Below, piece by piece: positions 10,158 to 19,380 of a stretch of 64,000 nt of DNA (its first letter is position 1; every line of letters starts with the position of its first letter). The stretch comes from an uncultured Gemmatimonadales bacterium (GTDB lineage: Bacteria; Gemmatimonadota; Gemmatimonadetes; Longimicrobiales; RSA9). Below the pieces are notes generated by a model, which saw only the letters and a list, made by a program, of their open reading frames with translations, searched no databases and was not told the origin of the DNA. Both the position numbers and the translations under genes were made by a program. The DNA is taken from contig CAWCUS010000006.1 of the NCBI GenBank assembly GCA_963798845.1, forward strand, positions 320,001-384,000, read 5' to 3'.

Positions 10158-11960
10158 TCAACGCGCGGTGGTGATCCCGGGAAGGCTCGGCAGGAGCAGG
10201 CCGTCTCCCACGGTGTACCCGCTCGGCAGGTCGATGGGGAGGCGTCCGGTGATCGGCGACGCTCCGGCGAGCGCCGCGGCGACCGCGCGCTGGCTCGGTG
10301 GCTCCCGGTCCCAGGCCAGGAGATAGGTGCGTGCATCCGGGAGCTGGCGGAGAAGGTAGGGATCCCCGAACGACACCACCGGGGCCCCCGCTCCGGCAAG
10401 CTCGTTCCCCAGCACTCCGATCTCGGCCGGCAGCCCGAGCTCGCCCTTGCCCGGCACCGCACGCACGAAGCTGGCGAAGAGCACGAGATCGGCGTGCTGC
10501 GAGAGCCGTCGCACCCGACCCATGTCCGCCGCTTCCGAGCGCCTCGATAGCCGCAGGGTCAGGACCCGCCCGCCGCGCTCCTGCAGGGCACGTTCCAGCT
10601 CCAGACCCGTGTCTCTGCGCACGTGGTCGTCGTAGATCACGAGCAGCACGGCTCGTCCCCGCGTCCGCGCCGGCAGGGCTCCAGGCTCACCTCTCACCAG
10701 CGTGAGCGACCGCTCCGCCATTCGCCGGCTCCACTCCGCGTTCGCCGCGTGCACGCCATCGCCCCCGAGCGCGGTAGGATTCTCAGATCGCGCCATCCTC
10801 AGCCCGGCCGCAGCCTTCGCGCTGAGGACCCGGCGGACCGACTCGTCGATCCGCGCCTCCGTGAGCCGTCCTGCTCGCACCGCCCGCACCACCGCGTCGA
10901 CCGTCCGCCGCTCCCCCGGCGGCATCAGCAGGATGTCCGCCCCCGCCCTGAGCGCCGCCACCGCCACCTGCCCGGTCGAGCCCTGGCGCTTCAGCGCGTC
11001 CATGTAGAGGGCATCGGTCACCACCAGCCCACGGAACCCGAGCTCTCCCCGGAGCACGCCCTCGATGATCGGCGGCGCCAGCGTCGCCGGCCTCAGCTTG
11101 CCATCGGGATCCAGCGCGGGAACGGCGAGGTGCGCTGTCATGATCCCGTCCACGCCTGCGTCGATCGCCGCCCGGAACGGCGTCAGCTCCACCCGCTCCA
11201 TCCGATTGCGATCCGCCCGCAGCACCGGGAGCGCCAGGTGAGAATCCGTCTCCGTGTCGCCATGACCAGGGAAGTGCTTCGCCACCGTGAGCAGGCCGGC
11301 GGCCTTCGCCCCCCGGACGAACTCTGCCACCCGCTCCGCCACCTCGACGGCATCGCTGCCGTACGATCGCGTGTTGATGACCGGGTTGTCCGGGTTCACG
11401 TTCACGTCCGCCACCGGCGCGAACGTCATGTGCACGCCCGCGGCCCTCGCCTCCTCCGCCGTGATGCGGCCGGCCTCCCGCGCGTACGACGGCGGCCCCG
11501 CCGCCGCGAGCGCCATGTTGATCGGGATCATCGTCTCGCCCAGAAGCCGCATACCAGCCCCCCACTCCAGGTCCGCGGCGATCAGCAGCGGGACGCCCGT
11601 CTCGCCCTGCAGCTCGTTCAGCCACGCGGCCGTCGCCCTGGCAGCGCCGGTACCCACGATGAAGCCGCCGACCTTCTCCTCCCGTACGAGTCGCAGCGCA
11701 CGCTCCCGCTCGGCGCTCCCCTGCGCTGGATTCCCTCCCTCCAGCCACGCCAGCACCAGCTGTCCCACCTTTTCGCGCAACGTCAGGCTGGCGAGGACCG
11801 AGTCGACCCAGGCTACGTCCTGCACGGACCGTGGCCTGGCCTCGCTGGTTTCCGCCGCGGCGGATGGAGACGGACGAGCAATCAGCGCCGACGGCGCGCC
11901 GGTCTGGGCAAACGCCACTACGAGCCCGAGAACGGTGCCGGTGAGCGTCATCGCTGCCAT
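10158..11960 (-). CDS. Glycoside hydrolase family 3, beta-N-acetylglucosaminidase (NagZ-like, two-domain, exported)
   Basis: ADLEWG, FAPVADVN.NPDNPVINTRSYG, KHFPGHGDTETDSH, VTDAL.M; signal peptide. Confidence 0.9.
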   Translation of the reverse strand: MAAMTLTGTVLGLVVAFAQTGAPSALIARPSPSAAAETSEARPRSVQDVAWVDSVLASLTLREKVGQLVLAWLEGGNPAQGSAERERALRLVREEKVGGFIVGTGAARATAAWLNELQGETGVPLLIAADLEWGAGMRLLGETMIPINMALAAAGPPSYAREAGRITAEEARAAGVHMTFAPVADVNVNPDNPVINTRSYGSDAVEVAERVAEFVRGAKAAGLLTVAKHFPGHGDTETDSHLALPVLRADRNRMERVELTPFRAAIDAGVDGIMTAHLAVPALDPDGKLRPATLAPPIIEGVLRGELGFRGLVVTDALYMDALKRQGSTGQVAVAALRAGADILLMPPGERRTVDAVVRAVRAGRLTEARIDESVRRVLSAKAAAGLRMARSENPTALGGDGVHAANAEWSRRMAERSLTLVRGEPGALPARTRGRAVLLVIYDDHVRRDTGLELERALQERGGRVLTLRLSRRSEAADMGRVRRLSQHADLVLFASFVRAVPGKGELGLPAEIGVLGNELAGAGAPVVSFGDPYLLRQLPDARTYLLAWDREPPSQRAVAAALAGASPITGRLPIDLPSGYTVGDGLLLPSLPGITTAR

Positions 11961-12253
11961 TCGCTTGATTTGGAGTGAGTGCGGGCGGCCTTCACAGACT
12001 CGCCCGTCAATTCTTGCTAATGGCTCGAATGCCCGCAAGTTCCACGTTTGCCGATGCTTCCGACTCCCGCCTGCCGCGCCACACCCTTGACAGTACGACC
12101 TATCATGACCACCTTACGCGTGACCTCCCAGTCAGCCTTGTGACACCCGGCGGCGCGGGTTTTGCCGGCGGCTTCCCGCCGGCTTGGTATCCGTCCGCTG
12201 GTGTTCCTTTGTCGGAGACGGTCGAGAACGTGGAAGGCACGACGACGAAGTCG

Positions 12254-13024
12254 ATGGGCACCTTCAACGTGTCCGGAGAGGCAGAGGCGCTCATTCGCTG
12301 CCTCACGGGGGTCGTCCATGCCTCCGTTCACGCCGGCATCGGCGGCATCGAGGCCATCCGCGTCACGGCGGCCGACGAGATGAGCGCCCGCGCCATGCCC
12401 GACCGGATCCGCTCCGCCCTACTCGCCGGCCTCGCCACCCCTGTGCTCCCCGGGCGCATTTTCGTCCGCACGTTACCCCAAACTGCCAGTGATTCCGAGC
12501 AGGGCGACGACGCGGCCGCCACACGCTCACCGGGACCCTGTGACCGTGGACCCCGCCTCGTCGCGACGTCCACCCTCCTTGGACAGGACCCGGCGACGGC
12601 CGCATTTCCGGAGCTCGGCGGGATCGCCACGGAAGTCATGCGCAGGGCACCAGACTATATCGCGCGGCCACACCTCGTCGCCGTGGACCTCGATCGCCCC
12701 GGTGACGGACGCGTCGTCTGCTGCGTTTCCGTCGCCTACGGCGCCCACGTCCACCGCGCCGAGGCCACGGCCATCGATCTCCCCGGGGCCGCAGCACAGG
12801 CCGCCGCACAGGCCACCGTCGGCGCCCTCGTCGACGCCGGCCTCGAAGGCCTCGAGCTCGGCGGGCTCCGGGAGGTCGAGATCGCCGGACGCGACTACGT
12901 CCTCGTCGCTCTCCGGCGCACCGACACCTGTCCAAGACACCGCTCCGGGAGCGCACTGGTCCTGGAATCACCGGAGCGAGCCGCCGCTCGAGCAACCGTG
13001 GCCGCGGCCAACGAGATCCTTTGA
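12254..13024 (+). CDS. Hypothetical protein
   Basis: Host-like codon use; mixed alpha/beta protein with two regions separated by a linker; start uncertain. Confidence 0.7.
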   Translation: MGTFNVSGEAEALIRCLTGVVHASVHAGIGGIEAIRVTAADEMSARAMPDRIRSALLAGLATPVLPGRIFVRTLPQTASDSEQGDDAAATRSPGPCDRGPRLVATSTLLGQDPATAAFPELGGIATEVMRRAPDYIARPHLVAVDLDRPGDGRVVCCVSVAYGAHVHRAEATAIDLPGAAAQAAAQATVGALVDAGLEGLELGGLREVEIAGRDYVLVALRRTDTCPRHRSGSALVLESPERAAARATVAAANEIL

Positions 13025-13213
13025 CCGCCGCCGAGGCGACAGCACGGAACAACGCACCTGAACTCGATGCCTACGGGCTTATAGAGAGTCAGCAAGGAGA
13101 CAATCTGAACTAACGGAGCCCCCCGCCGGCGGAATTCGTCACAACTCAGCGGAGCCTGCAGTACCTAGCGGAGCGCTCGCGGCCGAATAGCGGACAACGG
13201 CCGACGCCACGCT

Positions 13214-13225
13214 GAAAGGAGGTGA
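13214..13225 (+). promoter_or_regulatory. Extended Shine-Dalgarno GAAAGGAGGTGA for the small ORF at 13232
   Basis: Near-perfect complement of the 16S rRNA 3' end; GGAGG ends 9 nt before ATG. Confidence 0.85.
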
Positions 13226-13231
13226 CGCTGC

Positions 13232-13303
13232 ATGACTGACATGATCTTCCGGATGATCGAGGCCGTCGCCGCGCTCGTTAGCGCTGGACACCTCGTCATC
13301 TAG
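13232..13303 (+). CDS. Unannotated 23-aa hydrophobic peptide MTDMIFRMIEAVAALVSAGHLVI
   Basis: Strong SD, ATG 13232, TAG 13301-13303; below the ORF-track size cutoff; directly upstream of HD-GYP gene. Confidence 0.72.
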   Translation: MTDMIFRMIEAVAALVSAGHLVI

Positions 13304-13332
13304 TTATGAAAGCGGGGGCTCCGCTCCTTTCT

Positions 13333-14673
13333 ATGAAGTCGCTAAACACGTACTTCGCCTCCGTCTGTGTGGCCGCAGTTGTATTTGCGGCCACCTTGGA
13401 CTGGAGCATCTTACTCGGCCTGTCAAGCCGAGACTGGACGGGACTGGGGGCATTTCTGTTCCTCGCGGTCTTGTCACAAGCTCTGGCGGTTGATTCCACG
13501 CTCGGAGCGAACAAACCCGTCAAATCGTCTATCGCGTTTCTCCCCCTGCTTGCGTTGGCCGTGGTGATGCCGGTACCTGCCGTCGTCTTGGCGACCGCAA
13601 GTATGACGGCCGTGCATGAAGTCTTCTTTCGGGAACGAAATTGGCTTCGAGCCGCGTTCAACACGGCACAAACCGGCATTTCGTACGGGGTCGCAGCAGT
13701 TGTCTTTGGAGTGATTGCTCGAGCTTCGGGCCTGAGCCCAGAACTTGGTGCACCCGTTGACGTTGCCAATCTGTTCTTCCCGTTCTACGGATTGGCAGTC
13801 ACGTTTTTCCTTCTGAACCTCCTTTTCGTCAGTGCTGGCGTCGCAATACGCCAATCGCAGCCGATTCAAGCAGTGCTGCAAGAGGCAATAGGCCGCGGCG
13901 GCGGCAATCTTGTCTACGATTTGTTGGCCAGCCCGATCGCTCTCTTCGCGGCGTATTTGTACGAAGCTTTCTATATGGGCGGCTTGTTCATTGCGGTCCT
14001 ACCTTTCTTTATCATCAGGCATTCGTACCTATCCGCGATTCAGCTCAAACAGGCAAATAACGATCTATTGCACGTATTGGTCAAAGCCATTGAGACGCGC
14101 GACCCCTACACCTCAGGGCATTCGCTGCGAGTGTCGACGCTGGCGCAGATGATTGCTGCGGACTGGGGGCTGCGACCTGGTGCAATCGAGAATGTGAAGA
14201 CGGCGGCATTGCTCCACGACATCGGGAAGATTGATGCGCTCTACGCCGAGATCATCGCCAAGAGAGCGGAACTCACGGAAGAAGAACGCAGGGTCATTCG
14301 AACCCACGCTACCAAAGGTGCAGACCTTCTCCAATCCCTCACTTCACTCGACAAAGATGTGATCGTTGGAGTTCGCCACCATCACGAGCATTACAATGGG
14401 TCAGGCTACCCTGAGGGGCTAAACGGAAAGAGCATTCCGCTCGCCGGTCGCATCATCATGATTTGTGACTCCGTGGACGCGATGCTCTCTGACCGTCCCT
14501 ATCGTAACGCCCTCCCGGTTAGCGCGGTCCGCGCGGAATTGCGCCGATGTGCGGGGACCCAGTTCGATCCGGAACTGGTCGAGACAATCCTCAGGAACAA
14601 TACTCTTGAGCGTGCAGAAGTTCTCGTAGACCGCGGTGGGGCCAAGGCCGCTCTAAAGGCGATCGCCGTCTAG
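13333..14673 (+). CDS. Membrane-anchored HD-GYP cyclic-dinucleotide phosphodiesterase (multi-TM N-terminal sensor, MASE9-like)
   Basis: ~7-8 hydrophobic segments, then RDPYTSGHS, LLHDIGKI, HHHEHYNGSGYPEGL, CDSVDAM, DRPYR; alternative start 13306. Confidence 0.92.
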   Translation: MKSLNTYFASVCVAAVVFAATLDWSILLGLSSRDWTGLGAFLFLAVLSQALAVDSTLGANKPVKSSIAFLPLLALAVVMPVPAVVLATASMTAVHEVFFRERNWLRAAFNTAQTGISYGVAAVVFGVIARASGLSPELGAPVDVANLFFPFYGLAVTFFLLNLLFVSAGVAIRQSQPIQAVLQEAIGRGGGNLVYDLLASPIALFAAYLYEAFYMGGLFIAVLPFFIIRHSYLSAIQLKQANNDLLHVLVKAIETRDPYTSGHSLRVSTLAQMIAADWGLRPGAIENVKTAALLHDIGKIDALYAEIIAKRAELTEEERRVIRTHATKGADLLQSLTSLDKDVIVGVRHHHEHYNGSGYPEGLNGKSIPLAGRIIMICDSVDAMLSDRPYRNALPVSAVRAELRRCAGTQFDPELVETILRNNTLERAEVLVDRGGAKAALKAIAV

Positions 14674-14881
14674 ATCGTCCCGACAAGCCATTGCGCTGAG
14701 TTCTCTCCGCCCCACTGTTGAAGGGGATGCAGCGCCAGACCAATGAGGACCAAGTCCATGCCGGATTTGTAACACCTCGGTCTTCAAGCCTCTCCCAACG
14801 AAACCCGGGGGCATCAATGCTGCGCAATTGCCGTTTGCTTCAGCTCAAGCTCAGAAGTTGTTGTCGGTAAGCGCCACAGCC

Positions 14882-17800
14882 ATGGACGCTGAGACCACAA
14901 GCCTTCTGATGCTGGGTCCACCGAGCATACAGACGGGGTCGAATTCTGTGCGTCTGTCAGTTAAGGAAATTGCCGTTCTAATATTTCTCGCCGAAGAAGG
15001 GCCGCAGTTGAGAGAGACCATCTCTCAACTACTCTGGCGTGGCAATCCTGCAACTGCCCGACACAGCCTTAGCCAGGCCATCTACAGCATTCGCCGGAAA
15101 CTTGGGCAATCCAGTATCACAGGTGATGCTAATCGGATCGCTCTCGACCGAATCTCCACCGACTTGGAGGAGTTCCGGGTTTCTATTCAACGGGAGGATT
15201 GGCGATCCGCCTCCCTCCTTTTCCGCGGTGAAGTTGGAAGTGGCATAGAGAACTCCCTCCCAGACCAGTTCCAAGATTGGCTTTGGATCACTCGCACGGC
15301 ATACCGGCACCAAGCGGATATCGTCCTGGAAGGGCTCCAACTGGACGGCCTGCGCCACGAGACGGAACGCTTGGCTACCATTCTGCTGCGGAGTGACTCT
15401 TCTGACGAGAATGCACAGCGGACGCTCAGGTGGGCCACCTCGCGATCAGTGGAGTTGGATTCGGATGCGGATCAGAATCGGGAAGCGACACTAGGGCGGC
15501 GTCTACCGTTTGTGGGACGTGCCGGCGAAATGGCGAGCTTGGCGCACCTCGCAGGTGAGTGTGCGCGCGGACGTTTTGCCGGCGTCGCAATTCTCGGTGA
15601 AGCAGGAGTCGGCAAGACAGCTCTGTTGAACCGATTTGCGCGCCTCCAAGCACTGAAAGGTGCCAAAGTTCTGTCGGCCACGGCATACGACGCCGAAAGC
15701 AAGCTACCTTTCGGCGTCGTCACGCAGTGGGCTCGTGACGCCATGCAAGGTGCCGGAGGCGATGACAACGGTGTGATTGCTCCAGAGGAAGGCTTGCGGC
15801 GTCTGTTCGCGGGGGACCCACACGAGCAGTCAGGCGTCGAGGATTGGGACCGATTCCGCTTCTTGGAGGCTTTAAGGGGGCAGGCGTTGTCGTTGTGCCG
15901 AGACCGCCTGGTTCTACTGATTGTGGACGATGCACAATTCGCCGACGCCGCGTCTTTGGGTTTCTTACACCACATGGCCCGAAGGAGCCCAAGCGCTCAG
16001 ATTATGGTGGTCGCTGCTGTACGAACCAATGGGAATGACACTAACACGACTCTCTCTGAATGGCTTCCCTTTGAACGCGTATTGCTGCAACCGTTGTCAG
16101 AACAGCACGTAGCGGAGATGCTTAAGCGGATTGACGGCAGTGACGACCAGGGTCCTTTCGATCCCGACCTCATATACCAGAAGACGGCCGGCAACCCTCT
16201 CTTGATCGCGTCAGTTGTCTTTGGCCGCCAGAACGCCAATGGAGCAGCATCGCCATCGGCCGCCACCGAATTTTTCCTCCCCCACATACGCGGCCTAAGT
16301 CGTGCTGGTCGTCGGCTCTTGGCGGCGCTATCGGTCGCTGGGGAACCCATAGCCCTGACGCTGGCAGCGCAGATAGCGGGGCTGAGTCCAGCGGCGGCCG
16401 CGTCTGAAGCCGCAGAAGAATTGGAACGAGCTGGGCTAGCGTCGCGTGACCCAGAAGGCATTCGCCCGAGACATAACCTCGTTGCCAATGCAGCGCTAAG
16501 CGAGATTACCCCCGCCGAACGGAGGGGGCTGTACGGACGCGCGGCCAACATCTATGCGAGACTGGAACGCGCATCCCCGGCAATGCTAGCAATCCGCCAC
16601 GACATCGCTGGAGACCGATCGTCGGCATTTCAGGCCGCCCTTGGCGCCGCCAGCACGAGCCGAGGAGCTCCACGCCCATCGTGAGCAGGAGTTCTTCCTG
16701 AAGCTCGCCTTGCACAACGCGCCAGACGGAGAGGAAGCCGGTGTGTTGCGTTCAGGTAGGCGATCTGTTGGTCAGGTCTGAGCGCCGGCGAGAAGCTCAG
16801 AGATCTCGACGCAATGGATGGGCACGTGTTGTCGGACGGAACTATCGCCAAGAATGAGGCGTTGGAGCTCCTGCTGGCTTTGTCATCCGCCAAAGACGAC
16901 GGCATAATTGATCGTGCGCTCCCCACAATTGCGGAGTTAAGCAAGCGCCGCCCTTGCGTGGACGGCCGAGCTGTACATTGAATTGGGAGCTGTCGCTCAC
17001 GATTTTCCGCATGGAAGCGGCGGTCGCTGCTGCGCGATGCTGCCTTAAGGCGTGCAGCGGATATCCCCAGACAGCGGCGTTGGCCGCATTTCGGCCAAGG
17101 CGTGACCATTGTGGGCACATACGTCGGCTACGAAAAGGCCTGAACGAAATCAAGAAATGGATGAAGACGGCCGAAGATCGCTCCCGAAAACAACGCAGCA
17201 TTACTCATCTCCCGCGGTCAATTGTGCATGTTTGCGCAGGCCGCCTTATGGAAGCTGAAAAGGCCCTATCCGAAGCATTGGGCCTGGTTGAGCAGATTGG
17301 GCTTTATGGTCAGCTCTTTTCGGTCCATAACAATATCGGGGTTTGTTACATGGAGAGCGGGAAAATCTCACACGCCCTCACCCATTTCCAGCATGCCTTT
17401 GCGCTTGCGCGAGGAAGGCATGGCCCAGGACACGCGCCAATCGTTGACGACAATTACGCGCAGTTCCTTTTTCATCGGGGGGACCACGAGGAAGCGATCA
17501 CCTATTGTCGCTCAGCATTGGCTTCGGGAGGAGATCACTTCAGTAGGGGATTTCCTCTCCCAGACACGCCATTGTCGGCCTTTCTTGCCTCCAGCTTGGG
17601 CGGATTGCGGCGGCGCAGGAAACCCGCCGAGAAATTGAGATCACGCTCGCTGGGCAGGAATATCGAGGCGGCGACATCTCCTACGTGGAGATCTTTCTCG
17701 CGCGGATGCTGATGCTGGAGGGGCGGGCGGACGAGGCGAAGGCGCGGCTGGCGGCAGCCATCCGCGCCTATGCGCCCCGCGAGGAGCTGGCGTCCGCCCG

Positions 17801-17957
17801 CATGGAGCTGGAGCTGTCCCGGATCGAGCTGCGCGATCAGCCTGCGGCGGCGGCCGAGCGTGCGGAGAGAGTCCTGGACCGGCTGCAGGGATCCGGCGCG
17901 GTTCCGCTCATCGAGACGGCGGAGAGCCTGATCCACCGCGCCCTCAGCCGGGTCTAG
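14882..17957 (+). pseudogene. wHTH-BTAD-AAA(STAND-like)-TPR transcriptional regulator, frameshifted in its 3' third (pseudogene or assembly indels)
   Basis: RETISQLLW...ARHSLSQAIYSIRRKLG, PFVGRAGEM, GEAGVGKT, LLIVDDAQFAD, TAGNPL open to 16684; TPR fragments (VHNNIGVCY) in other frames 16660-17957. Confidence 0.8.
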
Positions 17958-18712
17958 AGCAGCCCTTCTCGACGTAGCCAGGCCTCGACGATCCACTCCC
18001 AGCCCAGGTGATCGCGGACGAAGGAGGGGCGGTATCCGATCAGCCGGTTCATGGAGTTGCTCATCGTGAACCCGTCCGGGTACCCGAACCGCGCGGCGAC
18101 GCGGTTGATGTTGGCTCGGGTGTTCTGCAGGTGGATGGACGCATGCAGCAGTCGGGCGAATTGCAGCCAGTGGGACGGCACCGGCAGTCCGCGCTCGCGG
18201 AAGAAGCGGCCAAGCGTCCTGCGGGACTGGCAGAGCTCGCCCGCCAGACGCTCGATACTGTGCACCTGAGGCGCCCGGGCGAAGATCGTGAAGATCCGGT
18301 CCCGCACATCGGCCGCCGCCACTACGCCGGCGAGGTCCAGGTAGTCCGCCACGGCCAGCGGCAGCGAGCCCGGCGGGGTGCCCAGGAGCGTGCGAAGCGC
18401 AGCCATCGTTCCCCGTCCGCCGGTCGGCAGGACGCCTCGCGGCCGGAGCTCAGGGACGTGCCGCAGCACCGGCACGACCGGAGCAATGTCCTCGGGCTCC
18501 GGCAAGACCACGAACAGGGGCAGTGATCTCGGCTTTTCCACGACCCAGTCGAGCTCGGCCCACAGCGCTCCCACGGCTTTCATGAACCACACGACCGACG
18601 CTCCCGGCTGCGGCGCCGGGTCCGCCGGGATCGCCGGCTCGATCCGCTCGAAGGTATAGTACGGAGGCCGGAACAGGTGGAGACCGGACGGGATCTGCGA
18701 CTGGGCATTCAT
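17954..18712 (-). CDS. AraC-type HTH transcriptional regulator
   Basis: SIERLAGELCQSRRTLGRFF...PSHWLQFARLL...INRVAARFGYPDGFTMS; AGGAGG RBS before ATG 18712. Confidence 0.82.
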   Translation of the reverse strand: MNAQSQIPSGLHLFRPPYYTFERIEPAIPADPAPQPGASVVWFMKAVGALWAELDWVVEKPRSLPLFVVLPEPEDIAPVVPVLRHVPELRPRGVLPTGGRGTMAALRTLLGTPPGSLPLAVADYLDLAGVVAAADVRDRIFTIFARAPQVHSIERLAGELCQSRRTLGRFFRERGLPVPSHWLQFARLLHASIHLQNTRANINRVAARFGYPDGFTMSNSMNRLIGYRPSFVRDHLGWEWIVEAWLRREGLL

Positions 18713-18900
18713 CGTGTCCTCCTGGGGTGGCGTCGCTGGGGCTGCCCGCATATTCGCGCGCGGGTATCATCGGGGTGTCAAAGCCCAGCGGCCGCGCCTC
18801 CGCTCCATCCTTGACGCCGACGCGGGGATCGCCGACCGGAGAAATGTGGAACGGTTCTTCCCACATCCATTTCCGGATCGACGGCCTTCATGGAGGCGCG

Positions 18901-19323
18901 ATGGGCGAGCTGGATCGGCACGATGAGACGGGGGAGTTCGGGGCGGCGCCGTTCGGGGAAGCGGTGAACGGAGGGCAGCTCGCGCCGCACGAGGAACGGC
19001 TGCTACGGCTGCTGGCGGAATTCCGGCGCCGCCAGAGGCAGCGGCCCGACCTGGTCGTCCGCCCGTGGTGGACGCCGGTTCCGGAAGGCAGCGCGGCGCC
19101 TCGCCTGGGATTCGTGCTGGAGTACTGTCCGGACGGCGCGGCCAGCGTGGAGCTGACCGTACGCGGGAATCGGGTTACCGTGGAGGGCCCGTTCGGAGCC
19201 GCCAATGTGCCGCTGAGCCTGGCGACGGGGTGGGAGATTGACGGCGTCGATGCCGGCTCGCCGGAGACCATGGCCAACCACCTGATCCGGTGGGCCGACC
19301 AGGCGCTGGAAACGGTGGAGTGA
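18901..19323 (+). CDS. Hypothetical protein
   Basis: GGAGG RBS before ATG 18901; host-like codon use. Confidence 0.65.
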   Translation: MGELDRHDETGEFGAAPFGEAVNGGQLAPHEERLLRLLAEFRRRQRQRPDLVVRPWWTPVPEGSAAPRLGFVLEYCPDGAASVELTVRGNRVTVEGPFGAANVPLSLATGWEIDGVDAGSPETMANHLIRWADQALETVE

Positions 19324-19334
19324 TCGGGGGGGGT

Positions 19335-19357
19335 CGGGGGCCGGAAGGCGGCCCCCG
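19335..19357. terminator. Hairpin between convergent genes
   Basis: CGGGGGCCG-GAAGG-CGGCCCCCG perfect 9-bp stem; no U-tract. Confidence 0.45.
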
Positions 19358-19380
19358 GACCGGCCGCCGGGGCAGGGTCG

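Noticed and set aside
12096..12125. GACC direct repeats as a SARP/BTAD binding site
   Set aside because: Spacing (10 and 15 nt) is irregular and the repeats are too short.
13025..13213. c-di-GMP riboswitch upstream of the peptide/HD-GYP genes
   Set aside because: No GGCAAA...GNRA...CGCAAAG class I core or class II pattern seen; cmscan would settle it.
13030..17700. Prophage, IS or integrative element
   Set aside because: No integrase/transposase, att repeats or tRNA target visible; only the compositional shift is supported.
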